Below are positions 35,583-45,641 of a DNA stretch of 64,000 nucleotides, one piece after another. This DNA comes from Bdellovibrionaceae bacterium UBA6776 (GTDB lineage Bacteria; Bdellovibrionota; Bdellovibrionia; Bdellovibrionales; UBA1609), in the NCBI GenBank assembly GCA_002453155.1, contig DKGG01000039.1, forward strand, positions 67,714 through 131,713, given 5' to 3'. The notes beneath the pieces are model-generated. The model did no database searches. It was given only the letters and a program-made list of their open reading frames with translations, and was not told the DNA's origin. Numbering within the stretch: the first letter of the stretch is position 1; the number at the start of each line of letters is the position of its first letter. A program made the position numbers and the translations under genes.

Positions 35583-35782
35583 ATCTTCGACTCCTTTTCA
35601 CAAAGTGACTTAATTATTATCGTCGAAAATTTGAACAACTTTACAGGACCTGGACTTATTGCCTGTAAAGATCCATGACTTGGTCCAGTCCAGATTTGAG
35701 TTTCTTCGCCCGTGCCAAAAATTTCATAAAATCTCAATTGCACAAAGGCCATGGCAAAGCAATTTGGCTATTAGAAATAGAC

Positions 35783-35833
35783 CCGCCCATCCATGGGCTC
35801 ACCAGTATTTGCCCTATAGGGCAAATCGCTTCA
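35783..35833. repeat. Second copy of the REP/MITE-like element seen at 29521-29571
   Basis: CCGCCCATCCATGGGCTCACCAGTATTTGCCCTATAGGGCAAATCGCTTC aligns with the 29.5-kb copy at roughly four-fifths identity by eye. Confidence 0.55.
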
Positions 35834-35884
35834 CGCTTACTGGAGGTCTCTTTCTAAAGCCAAATTACTATGCCAATGTCTTTG

Positions 35885-36007
35885 CGAATAAAGAATATAA
35901 AAAGGGCCCATGGATGGGCGGGTCTGAAGCTGCGAGCAAGTAGCTTTGAAATACCTCAGGCGAATTAAGAATATCAAAAGGGCCCAAAGGGATGGGCGGG
36001 TGTAAAG
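35885..36007. repeat. Two ~46-nt direct repeats (35885-35930 and 35961-36007), each carrying the inverted core GGGCCCATGGATGGGCGGGT
   Basis: CGAATAAAGAATATAAAAAGGGCCCATGGATGGGCGGGTCTGAAG versus CGAATTAAGAATATCAAAAGGGCCCAAAGGGATGGGCGGGTGTAAAG. The core is the reverse complement of the 5' end of the element at 35783. Confidence 0.6.
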
Positions 36008-37729
36008 TTACAGGTGGCTTTGAAGTTCGATAAACTGGAAGTATCCACCTTTTTTGTCCATCAGCTCCTGATGGGTGCCCATTTCCACAATCTGTCCCTT
36101 GTCCATCACGACAATGCGGTCGCAGTCACGGATGGTGGACAGGCGGTGAGCAATGATCAAAGCGGTTCGGCCCTTCATCAGCTGATCAAGACCTCTTTGA
36201 ACTTCGACTTCACTTTGTGAGTCCAACGCACTGGTGGCTTCGTCCAAAATCAAAATAGGAGCGTCTTTAAAAATTGCGCGAGCAATGCTGATCCGCTGTT
36301 TCTCGCCACCAGAGAACAGACTGCCCCGGTCTCCCACCCGAGCCTCGTAACCCTGCTCGTTCTTCGAAATAAAGTCGTGGGCATTGGCCAACTTTGCGGC
36401 GGATTCAACACTGGAATCATCTTTGGAAAAATCTCCCGATTGAATGTTTCGAGAGACCGAATCCGAAAATAAGAACACGTCCTGGGTAACCAGTGCCACA
36501 TGAGAACGCAATTCGTTCACTTTCAAGTGGTTCAAGGGCACTCCACCAATTCGAATCTCTCCATCGGTGGGATCAAAAAAGCGCGGCAAAAGATTGATCA
36601 TGGTGGACTTCCCAGCTCCGCTGGTTCCCACCAAAGCCACCTTTTCTCCTCGAGAAATGGTCAAATTCACACCGTTTAAAACTTTTTTGTTTTCATAGCT
36701 GAAGCTGACATTTTTGAATTCAATTTCTTTCCAGTCTTCAGGAAACTTTTCAGGAGATTCCGGATCATGAATTTCATCCGTAGAATCCAAAATGTCTCGC
36801 AGTCGTTCAAGGGCCACAGAGGCCTGTTGAATTTTAATATAACTGTCTTGGATTTTCTTGACGGAATCGCTCAAGAAAATTGCCGCGGCAAAGAAAGAGA
36901 GAAAATCTCCCACAATCCATGCGCCCGAGCGAATTCGAAACCCAATGTAAATCAAAACTCCGGCAATAAGAACGGCGACCAAACTTTCCGAAATGGGTCC
37001 AGTGCTCTCTTCTCGAGAAATGATTTTTTCCCGGGATTGAATGTAGTTGTCTGCCTCCCGTTCAAAACGGTTTTTCAGTTCCGGCTGAAGGTTAAAAGCC
37101 TGAACAATTCGCGTTCCGTCCAAGCTTTCTTTGATGGTTTGAGTGATGTCTTCCATGGCCTCTTGGTTTCGGGCCGAATACTTGCGAATGCTTCGAGCCA
37201 TCCGCCGCGAAACCGTAGAAATGATCGGAAGTGCCAAAATCAAAAAGAGAGTGAGCTTCCAGTCGATATAAACCAAGTAGCCAAAACTTAAGATCGTCAA
37301 AAAAGGCTCTCGAATCACATCCGCAAGACGACGAAACCCAGTTTGAACAATGTAGATGTCATTCAGCAAACGACTGATCAATCCGCCAGAGCCTCGAACA
37401 AAGTTTTGAAAGAAGCTCAGATTTAAACTCAAATATTTATGCATCAGTTGGCGTCGCAAATTCAAAGCCACTTCTTCTGCGGTCAAAATCATCAAGTACA
37501 TGTGAAAGTAGCGGGCGATGGCTGCGACCACCCAGAGGGCCGCAATCAAAATTGGAATTTGATAGATTTTAATGTTGTCGTTGGAGCTCCAAACCTGCTC
37601 CAAATTTTTAATCAATGGGGCATTGTAAAACTTGGCGCCGCTGATCACCAATCCAAGCAGAAGAGCGACAATGATTCGACTTTTGTATTTTTTAAATTCA
37701 GGCCAAAGTGTCTGGATGATGGCTTTCAC
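36008..37729 (-). CDS. ABC exporter, fused permease/ATPase (MsbA-like)
   Basis: Six-TM N-terminal half, Walker A GTSGAGKST, signature LFSGGEKQR and Walker B ILILDEATSALD. Confidence 0.85.
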   Translation of the reverse strand: MKAIIQTLWPEFKKYKSRIIVALLLGLVISGAKFYNAPLIKNLEQVWSSNDNIKIYQIPILIAALWVVAAIARYFHMYLMILTAEEVALNLRRQLMHKYLSLNLSFFQNFVRGSGGLISRLLNDIYIVQTGFRRLADVIREPFLTILSFGYLVYIDWKLTLFLILALPIISTVSRRMARSIRKYSARNQEAMEDITQTIKESLDGTRIVQAFNLQPELKNRFEREADNYIQSREKIISREESTGPISESLVAVLIAGVLIYIGFRIRSGAWIVGDFLSFFAAAIFLSDSVKKIQDSYIKIQQASVALERLRDILDSTDEIHDPESPEKFPEDWKEIEFKNVSFSYENKKVLNGVNLTISRGEKVALVGTSGAGKSTMINLLPRFFDPTDGEIRIGGVPLNHLKVNELRSHVALVTQDVFLFSDSVSRNIQSGDFSKDDSSVESAAKLANAHDFISKNEQGYEARVGDRGSLFSGGEKQRISIARAIFKDAPILILDEATSALDSQSEVEVQRGLDQLMKGRTALIIAHRLSTIRDCDRIVVMDKGQIVEMGTHQELMDKKGGYFQFIELQSHL

Positions 37730-40601
37730 TGGGTTTTAAGTCCTTTTGAGAGTAGATGGTCTCCACATATTCTTTCAGGTAGTGACCGGTTTGACTTTTA
37801 GGATTAGACATTAGCTCCTGAGGCGCGCCTTGGCAAAGGATCTCTCCGCCTCGCTCTCCAGCTTCAGGGCCCACATCGATTACAAAGTCAGAATGGACAA
37901 TCACTTCCAAGTTGTGTTCCACCAAAAGAACGCTGCCGCCGGCCTCTACCAATTTATGAAGAACTTTCATCAGCAAATGAACTTCGCGAAAATGAAGCCC
38001 CGTGGTGGGCTCATCAAAAATGTACAAGGTTTTGTGTTGCTTGGCTGTAATCAACTCGCGGGCCAACTTCATCCGCTGAGATTCGCCCCCACTAAAGGTG
38101 TTGGCAGATTGACCTAAGCGCAAATAGTCCAAGCCCACCTCTTTTAAAACAGAAAGAGGGCGCCAGATGTTGGGGTAGGCGACGAAAAAATCCATGGCTT
38201 CTTGAACGGTAAAATTCAATATTTGATCGATATTTCGTCCGCGGTAAGTGATGTCTAAAATTTCATGGCGATATTTTTTTCCATCGCAGGCTTCACATTG
38301 AATTTCCACATCGTCCATAAAAAGCATGTCGATGGTTTCAAATCCAACTCCTTTACACACAGGACATCGGCCTCCATCCACATTCAAACTAAATGTTCCT
38401 GGTGAGTAGCCGCGACTTTGAGCTTCACCCACCGAAGCCATAATGGTTCGAATGGCATCAAAGACTTTCAAATAGGTCAGCACGTTACTGCGCGCAGTTC
38501 GTCCCACAGGGGATTGATCAATCAGAACCACACCTTTGAGCTGTTCGGCTCCTTTTAAATCTTCAAAAGGAAGTCCCGGCAAAAATTCTTTTTTCAACGC
38601 GCGGGCAACGGCAGGGTAGATGGTCTTTGAAACCAAAGTGGACTTTCCGGAACCACTCACCCCAGTCACAGTCACCAAACGATTTAAAGGAATGGTCACA
38701 TCAATGTTTTTGAGGTTGTTTCCTGAACAGCCCTTCAAGCGCAAAGCGTGTTTGATGGTGTCCAACTGCACGGGACGGGGAATGCGCAAAGGCGCTTTCA
38801 TGTTTCGTCCAGTCAGATAGCCGGCGGTTAAAGATTCGGTGTCGGAAATAAAATCTTTGTAGTCTCCAGAAAACATCACTTTTCCACCCAGATGTCCTGA
38901 TCCAGGACCAATCTCTATGACGTGATTGGCGTTAAGGATCACATCGTGATCGTGTTCCACAACGACTAAGGTGTTTCCAAGTTTTTGCAAATCTTTAAGC
39001 ACTCCAATCAGGCGTTCAGTGTCTCTGGGATGAAGACCTACAGTGGGTTCGTCCAAAACAAACAAAGTCTGGGAAAGTCCCATTCCCAATTGATGGGCCA
39101 ATTGAAGACGTTGATACTCGCCACCAGACAAAGTTCGGGTTGGGCGATCAACGGTAAGGTAACCCACGCCCACATCTAACAAATAGTGCAGGCGGGATTT
39201 GATCTGTCTTAAAGGCTCTTTCACAATGTGCATTTGATTCTCGGTCAGCTCAAGGCTGTCCATAAAACGAGACAGATCAATCAAAGTCATTGCGGCCAAA
39301 TCGCCAATGGACTTGTCTTTGATTTTAACCTGCAAAGCTTCAGGTTTTAAGCGAGATCCATGGCAGGTGGGACAGGTGAAAGGACTTTTGAAGCGAGAAA
39401 GAAAAACGCGAACATGCATTTTGTATTTCTTCTCTTCCAAGTATTCAAAGAGACCTTTGACGCCGTAAAAATCCTTGGTTCCTTCCCAAATGGAGGTTTG
39501 TTGCTTCTTGGTGAGTTTTTCCCAAGGAGTGTCCATGTCGATTTTTTTCTTTTTACAAAAGGCACGAAGTTCTCGGCGGTCATACTGAGCACTGGGCATG
39601 GCAAACGGAGCCAAAGCTCCTTGCTTTAAACTCAAAGAAGGATTGGGGATGACCTTTTCCGGATCCAACTCCAAACGATTTCCAAAACCGTTGCAATCGG
39701 AACAGGCTCCCACCGGAGAATTGAATGAGAACAAAGCTGTGGACAACTGTGGAAAGCGAAATCCACAGATGGAGCAAGAATTGTCCTCGGACAACTGAAG
39801 CATTTTTCCTTCCGTGGTTAAAACAGTGGCGCGGGGAAAAAGATTTTCTTTGCTGACTTTTAAAGAGGTGGCATAAGCCAAGCTCAAAGAATCTGCCAAG
39901 CGGCCACGCTCTTCCGAATCAAACTGCAAACGGTCAATGATGACAAAAAAATCTTTGGCTGGAAGTGTTTTTACTTTGGGATCTTCAAGGTCTTTGATTT
40001 CGCCCATTTCATTTTCAATCAGATGAGTGCCCTTGATCCATTTGTCTTTTTTTGTGGAGGGCACATAAATGCGGCGAAAGCCTTCGGTCTTTAAAAATTC
40101 CATCAGGGCTTTGCCCTTCATTAACCGACCCTTCGAAGGAACAGGGGCGAGAATGTATCCCCGCTGACCTTGAAAGTGAGAAAGCGCTCGCTCCGAGCCC
40201 GAACTGGGAGAATCGGAATAAAGAGTCACATGGTGATCTGGACATTTTACATCGCCCAGCTTTTCAAAAAGCAGGCGCATAAAATCAATCAACTCTGTGG
40301 TGGTTCCCACGGTGGATCGAGAAGTCTTTACGGAATTTTTTTGCTCAATGGACAAAGCCGGGGGAATGTTTTCGATTCCATCCAAATCGGGTTTTGGGGC
40401 TTTGTTTAAAAATTGGCGAGAGTAACTGGACAGGCTTTCGATGTAGCGCCGTTGTCCCTCAGCATAAAGAGTTTGAAAAGCCAAAGAGGATTTGCCAGAT
40501 CCACTGGGTCCGCAAATCACGGTAAAAGATCCCAGTGGAATTTTGACTTCAATGTCTTTTAAGTTGTTTTGTCGGACTCCCCAGGCGCGGAGATTCTTCA
40601 T
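37698..40601 (-). CDS. uvrA: Excinuclease ABC subunit A
   Basis: VRQNNLKDIEVKIPLGSFTVICGPSGSGKSSLAF, LSIEQK, zinc-finger Cys pairs, and a second ABC module VTGVSGSGKSTLV. It is 967 aa. Confidence 0.9.
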   Translation of the reverse strand: MKNLRAWGVRQNNLKDIEVKIPLGSFTVICGPSGSGKSSLAFQTLYAEGQRRYIESLSSYSRQFLNKAPKPDLDGIENIPPALSIEQKNSVKTSRSTVGTTTELIDFMRLLFEKLGDVKCPDHHVTLYSDSPSSGSERALSHFQGQRGYILAPVPSKGRLMKGKALMEFLKTEGFRRIYVPSTKKDKWIKGTHLIENEMGEIKDLEDPKVKTLPAKDFFVIIDRLQFDSEERGRLADSLSLAYATSLKVSKENLFPRATVLTTEGKMLQLSEDNSCSICGFRFPQLSTALFSFNSPVGACSDCNGFGNRLELDPEKVIPNPSLSLKQGALAPFAMPSAQYDRRELRAFCKKKKIDMDTPWEKLTKKQQTSIWEGTKDFYGVKGLFEYLEEKKYKMHVRVFLSRFKSPFTCPTCHGSRLKPEALQVKIKDKSIGDLAAMTLIDLSRFMDSLELTENQMHIVKEPLRQIKSRLHYLLDVGVGYLTVDRPTRTLSGGEYQRLQLAHQLGMGLSQTLFVLDEPTVGLHPRDTERLIGVLKDLQKLGNTLVVVEHDHDVILNANHVIEIGPGSGHLGGKVMFSGDYKDFISDTESLTAGYLTGRNMKAPLRIPRPVQLDTIKHALRLKGCSGNNLKNIDVTIPLNRLVTVTGVSGSGKSTLVSKTIYPAVARALKKEFLPGLPFEDLKGAEQLKGVVLIDQSPVGRTARSNVLTYLKVFDAIRTIMASVGEAQSRGYSPGTFSLNVDGGRCPVCKGVGFETIDMLFMDDVEIQCEACDGKKYRHEILDITYRGRNIDQILNFTVQEAMDFFVAYPNIWRPLSVLKEVGLDYLRLGQSANTFSGGESQRMKLARELITAKQHKTLYIFDEPTTGLHFREVHLLMKVLHKLVEAGGSVLLVEHNLEVIVHSDFVIDVGPEAGERGGEILCQGAPQELMSNPKSQTGHYLKEYVETIYSQKDLKPSESHHPDTLA

Positions 40602-43267
40602 CCAGATAAATCCTCTTTGAAAAAGTTTTGGTCGTCGTCTTTCTTTTCCTCTTGGCTTTTTTCTGCCGTAGGTTCAGTGCCTTCAATAAAGGCTTGTCTT
40701 ACGACCATTTTGGATTGAGGACCAACCAATTTTCCAGTTTCGTTATCAATGTTCACAAAAACAACGTTTTCAGGCACCGGAAAGTTTCTTACGGGAAGCC
40801 CATCGTGGGCCGCCTTCATGTACTCCAGCCAAACCGGCAAAGAGGCGGTTCCACCGAATTCACTTTTTCCGAGGGTTTTTTCCTCGTCAAATCCCGTCCA
40901 AACGCCCGTGGCATAATCGGGAGTGTAACCAATAAACCAGGCATCGAAATAGCCGTTGGTGGATCCGGTTTTTCCGGCCGCAGGACGGCCCAAGGCGCGA
41001 GCTGCGGGGGCGGTTCCACCTTGCTCCTCAATCACCGCTTGAAGCATGCTGGTGGTGACGTAAGCGGTTTCTGGTTTCATCAATTGGTTGGGATTTTCAA
41101 AGAACAAAGGAGGTTCTTTGGCCCGAACTTCTTCCGAAGCTAAAACCGCTTGTCGGGTTTCCTCAAATTTTTGCTCAATGGGTTCCAACTGTTCTTTAAA
41201 ACGTTCATCCAAGTTGATGGGGCCACTGAGCTCTTCGCCCTCTTGGTTCATCACCTTACGAATCAAAATGGGCGAGAGCCGTTTGCCCATTCGTCCCAAA
41301 ACAGCGAATGCGCGAGTAATTTCATACAAAGTCACGCTGCTAGACCCGAGAGACAAAGTGAAGTCCATATTGAGCGGACTAAAAATCCCAAGACGTCGGG
41401 CGTAGGTGGCAATGGTGTTTACGCCCACCTTTTCGGTGATTTTTACAGTGGGAACGTTCAAAGATTTGATCAAAGCCCGGCGAAACAAAATATCGCCTGA
41501 AAATTTGTTGCCCGAATTTTTAGGCTTCCATGTTTTGGTTTCAGGAGCTGTGGGTCCCCCTTGAGTGTCTTCTTGGCCTTCTTCAATTTCCTCTTCGTAA
41601 ACAATGGGAGCATCAATGATGGGAGTTGCTGGAGTGTAGCCATGATCCAAAGCAGTGGCATAGGTGAGAGCTTTAAAGGCCGATCCAGTTTGTCGAACCG
41701 CTTGCAGGGCGCGGTTGAACTGAGATTTTGAAAAGTCTGCGCCACCCACCATGGCCACAACGTCTCCGGATTTCTGGTCGAAAGAAATCAATGAGCTTTG
41801 GGCCAAGGGTTCTTGCTCAAGCTCAAGAAGTGCGAAGTTTTCATATTCTTTGGGATCGTATTTTAATTTTTTGGCGTCTTTTTCCAAACGTTCCGATTTA
41901 AAAGTTTTCCCGGTGATTCGAACTTCAATCACATCGCCCACTTTTAAAACTTTCGAAGGGGTGGTCACTTTAGGAGCCCATCGGAAACTGATGTCAGGAT
42001 CGGGAGTGCGGGTCCACTCCATGCTTTCAATGTCGATGATTCCGCGATTTTCCGCAAAACGCACATAGGTCATTCCCAACTTGTCGTCCACTTTGGTGAC
42101 GATCCCTTTGGTCAAAGTGCCCACCGGAATGTAAGAGGCCAAAGAGGGAAGCTCTTTTCCGTCTTTGTCTTTTCCAGTCAGGTTCAATGGAGGTTTTTCC
42201 TCAAAGCTGCCATCGGGTTTTAAAATCCGTTCCGGAGAAAGATCGTCCATCAATCGGTTGCGCTCTTCCAAAAGAAGTTCGGCCACCTGTTTGGGGTCTT
42301 CCAAATTCTTTTCTACACCACGAAAACCTTGACGCTTGTCGTGGGCGCGAAGACCCGCTTCGATTTGCTCTTGGGCGGCTTTCTGAAGTTTTAAATCCAA
42401 GCCGGTGTAAACTTTGATTCCGCGGTCCAAAACCATTTCTTCGCCCACCTTTTCAACCAACATTTGGCGGACGGTTTCTAAGTAGTAAGGCGCAATCTCT
42501 TTAAAGTTTTTCCAGATGTACAATTTGACCGGTTCGTTTTTGTACTTCTCTGCATCTTCAGGAGAGATAAATCCCACGTCGGCCATTCGAGTGAGAACAT
42601 AACGTTGTCGCTCTTTGGCAGATTTTGGATTGTGAATGGGCGAATAACGGCTGGGTGCTTGAGGAAGTCCCGCAAGAATTGCGGCTTCCGGAACGGTCAG
42701 CTCCTCAACGTTTTTGCGAAAGTAAACGCGCGCAGCCGCGCCCACTCCATAGGCTCCTTGGCCCAAGTAGATTTGGTTCAAGTACAGATAAAGAATCTCT
42801 TCCTTGGAAAGGTTCTTTTCCATTTTTTTAGCCAGCATCACTTCTTTGATTTTTCGGGTGTAGGTTTTTTCCGAACTTAAAAGGAGCGTTCGAGCCACCT
42901 GTTGAGTGATGGTGGATCCCCCTTGAGCTTTTCGACCGGCCTTGAGGTTTGCCACAAAGGCGCGAAAGATGGCCAAGTAGTTGATGCCTTCGTGTTGGAA
43001 GAACTGGTCGTCCTCTGCAGAGATAAAGGCTTGCACCAAGTGCGGGGGAATTTTTTCGTAGGGAGTCAGCATGCGCTTTTCGCGGAAGAACTCGCCGATT
43101 TTTTCGCCATGGCGGTCGAAGACTTCGGACACCACCAGGGGTTTGTAATCTTCGATTTGAATCATTTGGGGAAGACTGGAGGAGAAGATGGCAAGAAGGC
43201 CTGCCACCGCAGCCACTCCGACGAATACTAGTAGGCTCAGTGCGATCAAAATTTTCTTCATAGACAT
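40598..43267 (-). CDS. mrcA: Bifunctional class A penicillin-binding protein (PBP1A-type)
   Basis: Glycosyltransferase motifs EDDQFFQHEGI, GGSTITQQ and RKIKE. Transpeptidase motifs SAFK and KTGST. Confidence 0.9.
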   Translation of the reverse strand: MSMKKILIALSLLVFVGVAAVAGLLAIFSSSLPQMIQIEDYKPLVVSEVFDRHGEKIGEFFREKRMLTPYEKIPPHLVQAFISAEDDQFFQHEGINYLAIFRAFVANLKAGRKAQGGSTITQQVARTLLLSSEKTYTRKIKEVMLAKKMEKNLSKEEILYLYLNQIYLGQGAYGVGAAARVYFRKNVEELTVPEAAILAGLPQAPSRYSPIHNPKSAKERQRYVLTRMADVGFISPEDAEKYKNEPVKLYIWKNFKEIAPYYLETVRQMLVEKVGEEMVLDRGIKVYTGLDLKLQKAAQEQIEAGLRAHDKRQGFRGVEKNLEDPKQVAELLLEERNRLMDDLSPERILKPDGSFEEKPPLNLTGKDKDGKELPSLASYIPVGTLTKGIVTKVDDKLGMTYVRFAENRGIIDIESMEWTRTPDPDISFRWAPKVTTPSKVLKVGDVIEVRITGKTFKSERLEKDAKKLKYDPKEYENFALLELEQEPLAQSSLISFDQKSGDVVAMVGGADFSKSQFNRALQAVRQTGSAFKALTYATALDHGYTPATPIIDAPIVYEEEIEEGQEDTQGGPTAPETKTWKPKNSGNKFSGDILFRRALIKSLNVPTVKITEKVGVNTIATYARRLGIFSPLNMDFTLSLGSSSVTLYEITRAFAVLGRMGKRLSPILIRKVMNQEGEELSGPINLDERFKEQLEPIEQKFEETRQAVLASEEVRAKEPPLFFENPNQLMKPETAYVTTSMLQAVIEEQGGTAPAARALGRPAAGKTGSTNGYFDAWFIGYTPDYATGVWTGFDEEKTLGKSEFGGTASLPVWLEYMKAAHDGLPVRNFPVPENVVFVNIDNETGKLVGPQSKMVVRQAFIEGTEPTAEKSQEEKKDDDQNFFKEDLSG

Positions 43268-43387
43268 CGGAAGAGAGTATCAGAAAGTGGGGCGAAGCTT
43301 AAATTATTCCTGGAAGATCCAGATTTTTGTGAGGGCGCAAGGGGGCCTCACGCCGCAAGGAGTCAGTGTTGTGCAGGGAGAGCTTTC

Positions 43388-45154
43388 CTATCTAGTTCCT
43401 GGAGGACGTGGCGTGGGAATCGGAACATCTTTTTTAGGAAGAATTTGAGGAGGCTTTTGGCCTGGTATCGGAGGAGTTTTTGCTGTGGGTTTTGTTTCAC
43501 CAGTAGAGTCCGGAAGCTTTCCATTGGCTTTGATTTCTTGATCGGTCTGAGCCGTGGCGGCAGCATTTGTTGTGATGTGTTCCACAGCACTTGGCGACGC
43601 TGTATCTACAAGAGCATTCCCAGATCCTGACAAAAAGCTTTTGGTATTGGCACAATCTCTTTCGAATCCCTTTGCTTTGTCTCCTATGCAACAGGCGCCA
43701 ACAAAGCTCGCAGCCTTTCCTTCATACTCCGCTAGATTTGCAAATACTTCGCTAAAGTCTTTTCCCGAAGAGGCCCCCCCGGCAGCTTGGCTTTTGAGTC
43801 GAACCGCATCACGGATGTTTTTGTAGTTGTCTTCAGATTCTTTCAATTTCAACTCGGCTTTTTTGAGTTCTTTTTGTGAGCCTTGAGCTCCCTTTGCTCC
43901 CTGCATTTGGGCCTGCATCATCTGCATCATGGCCATTTGTTGGCCTTGAGCACAATCTTGATTGGCTGCTGCCAGATCCTCTTGGGCCCGTTGACGAAGT
44001 TGGGCGACTTCGTTGTTTTGCAACATTCCCATTTGCTGCTGAAGCTGAGCCCGCTGTTGAACGAGGCTAGATTTTCGTTGATCCGCAGCGGCCTCCGCCA
44101 TCTTCACCGCTTCTTTCGCTGCGGAAAGTTGCTTCTTGGCCACGCCACTTTGCAAGCAGTATTTGTATTCCTGAAAGGCAAACTCTTGGTCGGCTCGTCG
44201 TGATTTTTTTCCAGCAGATCCAATCATCGAGTTGAGCGAACCCACATTGTAAGTTCCTTCAGCGACTTTTGCCAAAATGGCCTGACGTCTTTCGTTCACC
44301 TTGGTAAGGGCCTGTTGGTGGCAATCCAATTCAATTTTCGTTTTGGCTTCTGTGTATTTGAGAGAGGCTTCCATTTTGGTGCGTTCGGCGTCGGCAATCT
44401 GTTCGTTCACACTAAGAACTTGGGAGTAAACCTGTTGAACCTGGTTGTAGATTTCTTTTTCAGCATCTTGAAGGCCACGCTCGATTTCTTTTTTGGTGTC
44501 TCGACAGGTTTTGGCCAACTCTTGTAGGGCCTGTTGTTTTTCAAGCCCACTTTCACTGGCGGACGATTGGGCGGTCTGAGCGTTTTCTTTGGCGCTGTCC
44601 ACTTTTTCTTGGTTTTTGTCCACTTCCTCTTTGGCGTCCTTCAGCTCTTGTTTCATTTCCTTTAAGCCCTTGGCGCCAATGGCGGGACAAATTTCCAACT
44701 CTGCTTTCATGGCTTCGGTGTCGTAGAGTTTCCCTGAGTCCTCTTCTACGCCGGCTGCCACGGCATCTTTTTCACCGCATTGATTGATTTTTTTTGCACA
44801 TTCGACACCTGTTCCCATTCCACTGGCTCGACAGGTTCCATTGAACTTTGCTTCGGCCTCTTTCAGCTTTTTAAGATCTTCAGCACAACCCTCAGGGGAA
44901 GAATTGATACATTCTTTTCGTTTTTTGTCCCATAGTTTTTGTTTTTCTTTTCCGCTTAAATTTTTACCGTAGTGGTTGTCTCGAATAGCAATGTCATAGG
45001 CTTTTTGAATTTCTGAATTGGAGCAACGTGCAGCGCTGTCTTTATCTTTTTCCTCTTTCGCAATTACATTTCCACCAAAGCTCAGTGACAACACCACTCC
45101 AACACAAGTCAGACTGAAAAAAGTTTTTGCAGCAGTTGTCTGAAGCTTAAACAC
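43388..45154 (-). CDS. Secreted coiled-coil protein with Cys pairs, a Met/Gln-rich segment and a Pro-rich tail
   Basis: Signal peptide, long heptad-like charged regions, MAMMQMMQAQMQGAKGAQG, ACCIGDKAKGFERDC, and a C-terminal KPTAKTPPIPGQKPPQILPKKDVPIPTPRPP. Confidence 0.6.
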   Translation of the reverse strand: MFKLQTTAAKTFFSLTCVGVVLSLSFGGNVIAKEEKDKDSAARCSNSEIQKAYDIAIRDNHYGKNLSGKEKQKLWDKKRKECINSSPEGCAEDLKKLKEAEAKFNGTCRASGMGTGVECAKKINQCGEKDAVAAGVEEDSGKLYDTEAMKAELEICPAIGAKGLKEMKQELKDAKEEVDKNQEKVDSAKENAQTAQSSASESGLEKQQALQELAKTCRDTKKEIERGLQDAEKEIYNQVQQVYSQVLSVNEQIADAERTKMEASLKYTEAKTKIELDCHQQALTKVNERRQAILAKVAEGTYNVGSLNSMIGSAGKKSRRADQEFAFQEYKYCLQSGVAKKQLSAAKEAVKMAEAAADQRKSSLVQQRAQLQQQMGMLQNNEVAQLRQRAQEDLAAANQDCAQGQQMAMMQMMQAQMQGAKGAQGSQKELKKAELKLKESEDNYKNIRDAVRLKSQAAGGASSGKDFSEVFANLAEYEGKAASFVGACCIGDKAKGFERDCANTKSFLSGSGNALVDTASPSAVEHITTNAAATAQTDQEIKANGKLPDSTGETKPTAKTPPIPGQKPPQILPKKDVPIPTPRPPGTR

Positions 45155-45198
45155 TTTAAATCCCCCTTAAGTGCTTGAATGGACTTCAATAAGTAAAA

Positions 45199-45214
45199 GC
45201 AAGATCGAAGCCAA
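45199..45214 (-). promoter_or_regulatory. Candidate sigma-54 promoter upstream of the coiled-coil protein gene
   Basis: The minus strand reads TTGGCTTCGATCTTGC, with GG and GC at canonical spacing. The -12 element lies about 45 nt upstream of the ATG at 45154. Confidence 0.35.
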
Positions 45215-45313
45215 AACTCCGATTTTTCAATTCTTATTTTCACTTACTTTTCGGAAATTCGCGAGGGAAGGATAAATGCCCTTGGGCTTTGATCTAAGGG
45301 CAGAGAGAAAAAC

Positions 45314-45328
45314 GTCTCAAAATGAGAC
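45314..45328. promoter_or_regulatory. Palindrome GTCTCAAAATGAGAC (copy 3 of 3)
   Basis: About 100 nt upstream of the candidate sigma-54 promoter at 45199-45214, a position typical of enhancer-binding sites. Confidence 0.4.
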
Positions 45329-45641
45329 AAAAGTCAGAAAGGAATGCAGAAAAAATACCTTGTGGGTCTGAGTGATCCAAGTAAACCCATGATTCACAAA
45401 GTGGGCGACCATTATAGGAACTTTAGGCTTCTCAATCGAAATGAGCTTGCTCACCATTCCCAGGGACAGTCCCCAATGCTATTGGCTTGTAGGGTTTACT
45501 TTTGTCATCAGCCCACAAGACACTTTCAAGTTACCAAACCCTAAGAAGCCCCACAAGAGGGGGGCTTACCGTTTCGTGCAAATAGTTAAAAAACCTCTCT
45601 TCGTCCTGTGTACTTTTGAGAAAAAGATCCGAAAAAAAAGA

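Noticed and set aside
35885-36007. The direct repeats, considered as a possible CRISPR array.
   Set aside because: There are only two imperfect copies with a single ~30-nt spacer, no cas genes are nearby, and the repeats share a core with a dispersed REP-like element.
45155-45641. The 487-nt intergenic region, considered as a possible housekeeping ncRNA gene (tmRNA, RNase P, SRP, 6S).
   Set aside because: I could find none of the conserved sequence motifs of these RNAs. The region is better explained by divergent promoter/regulatory DNA and short hairpins.
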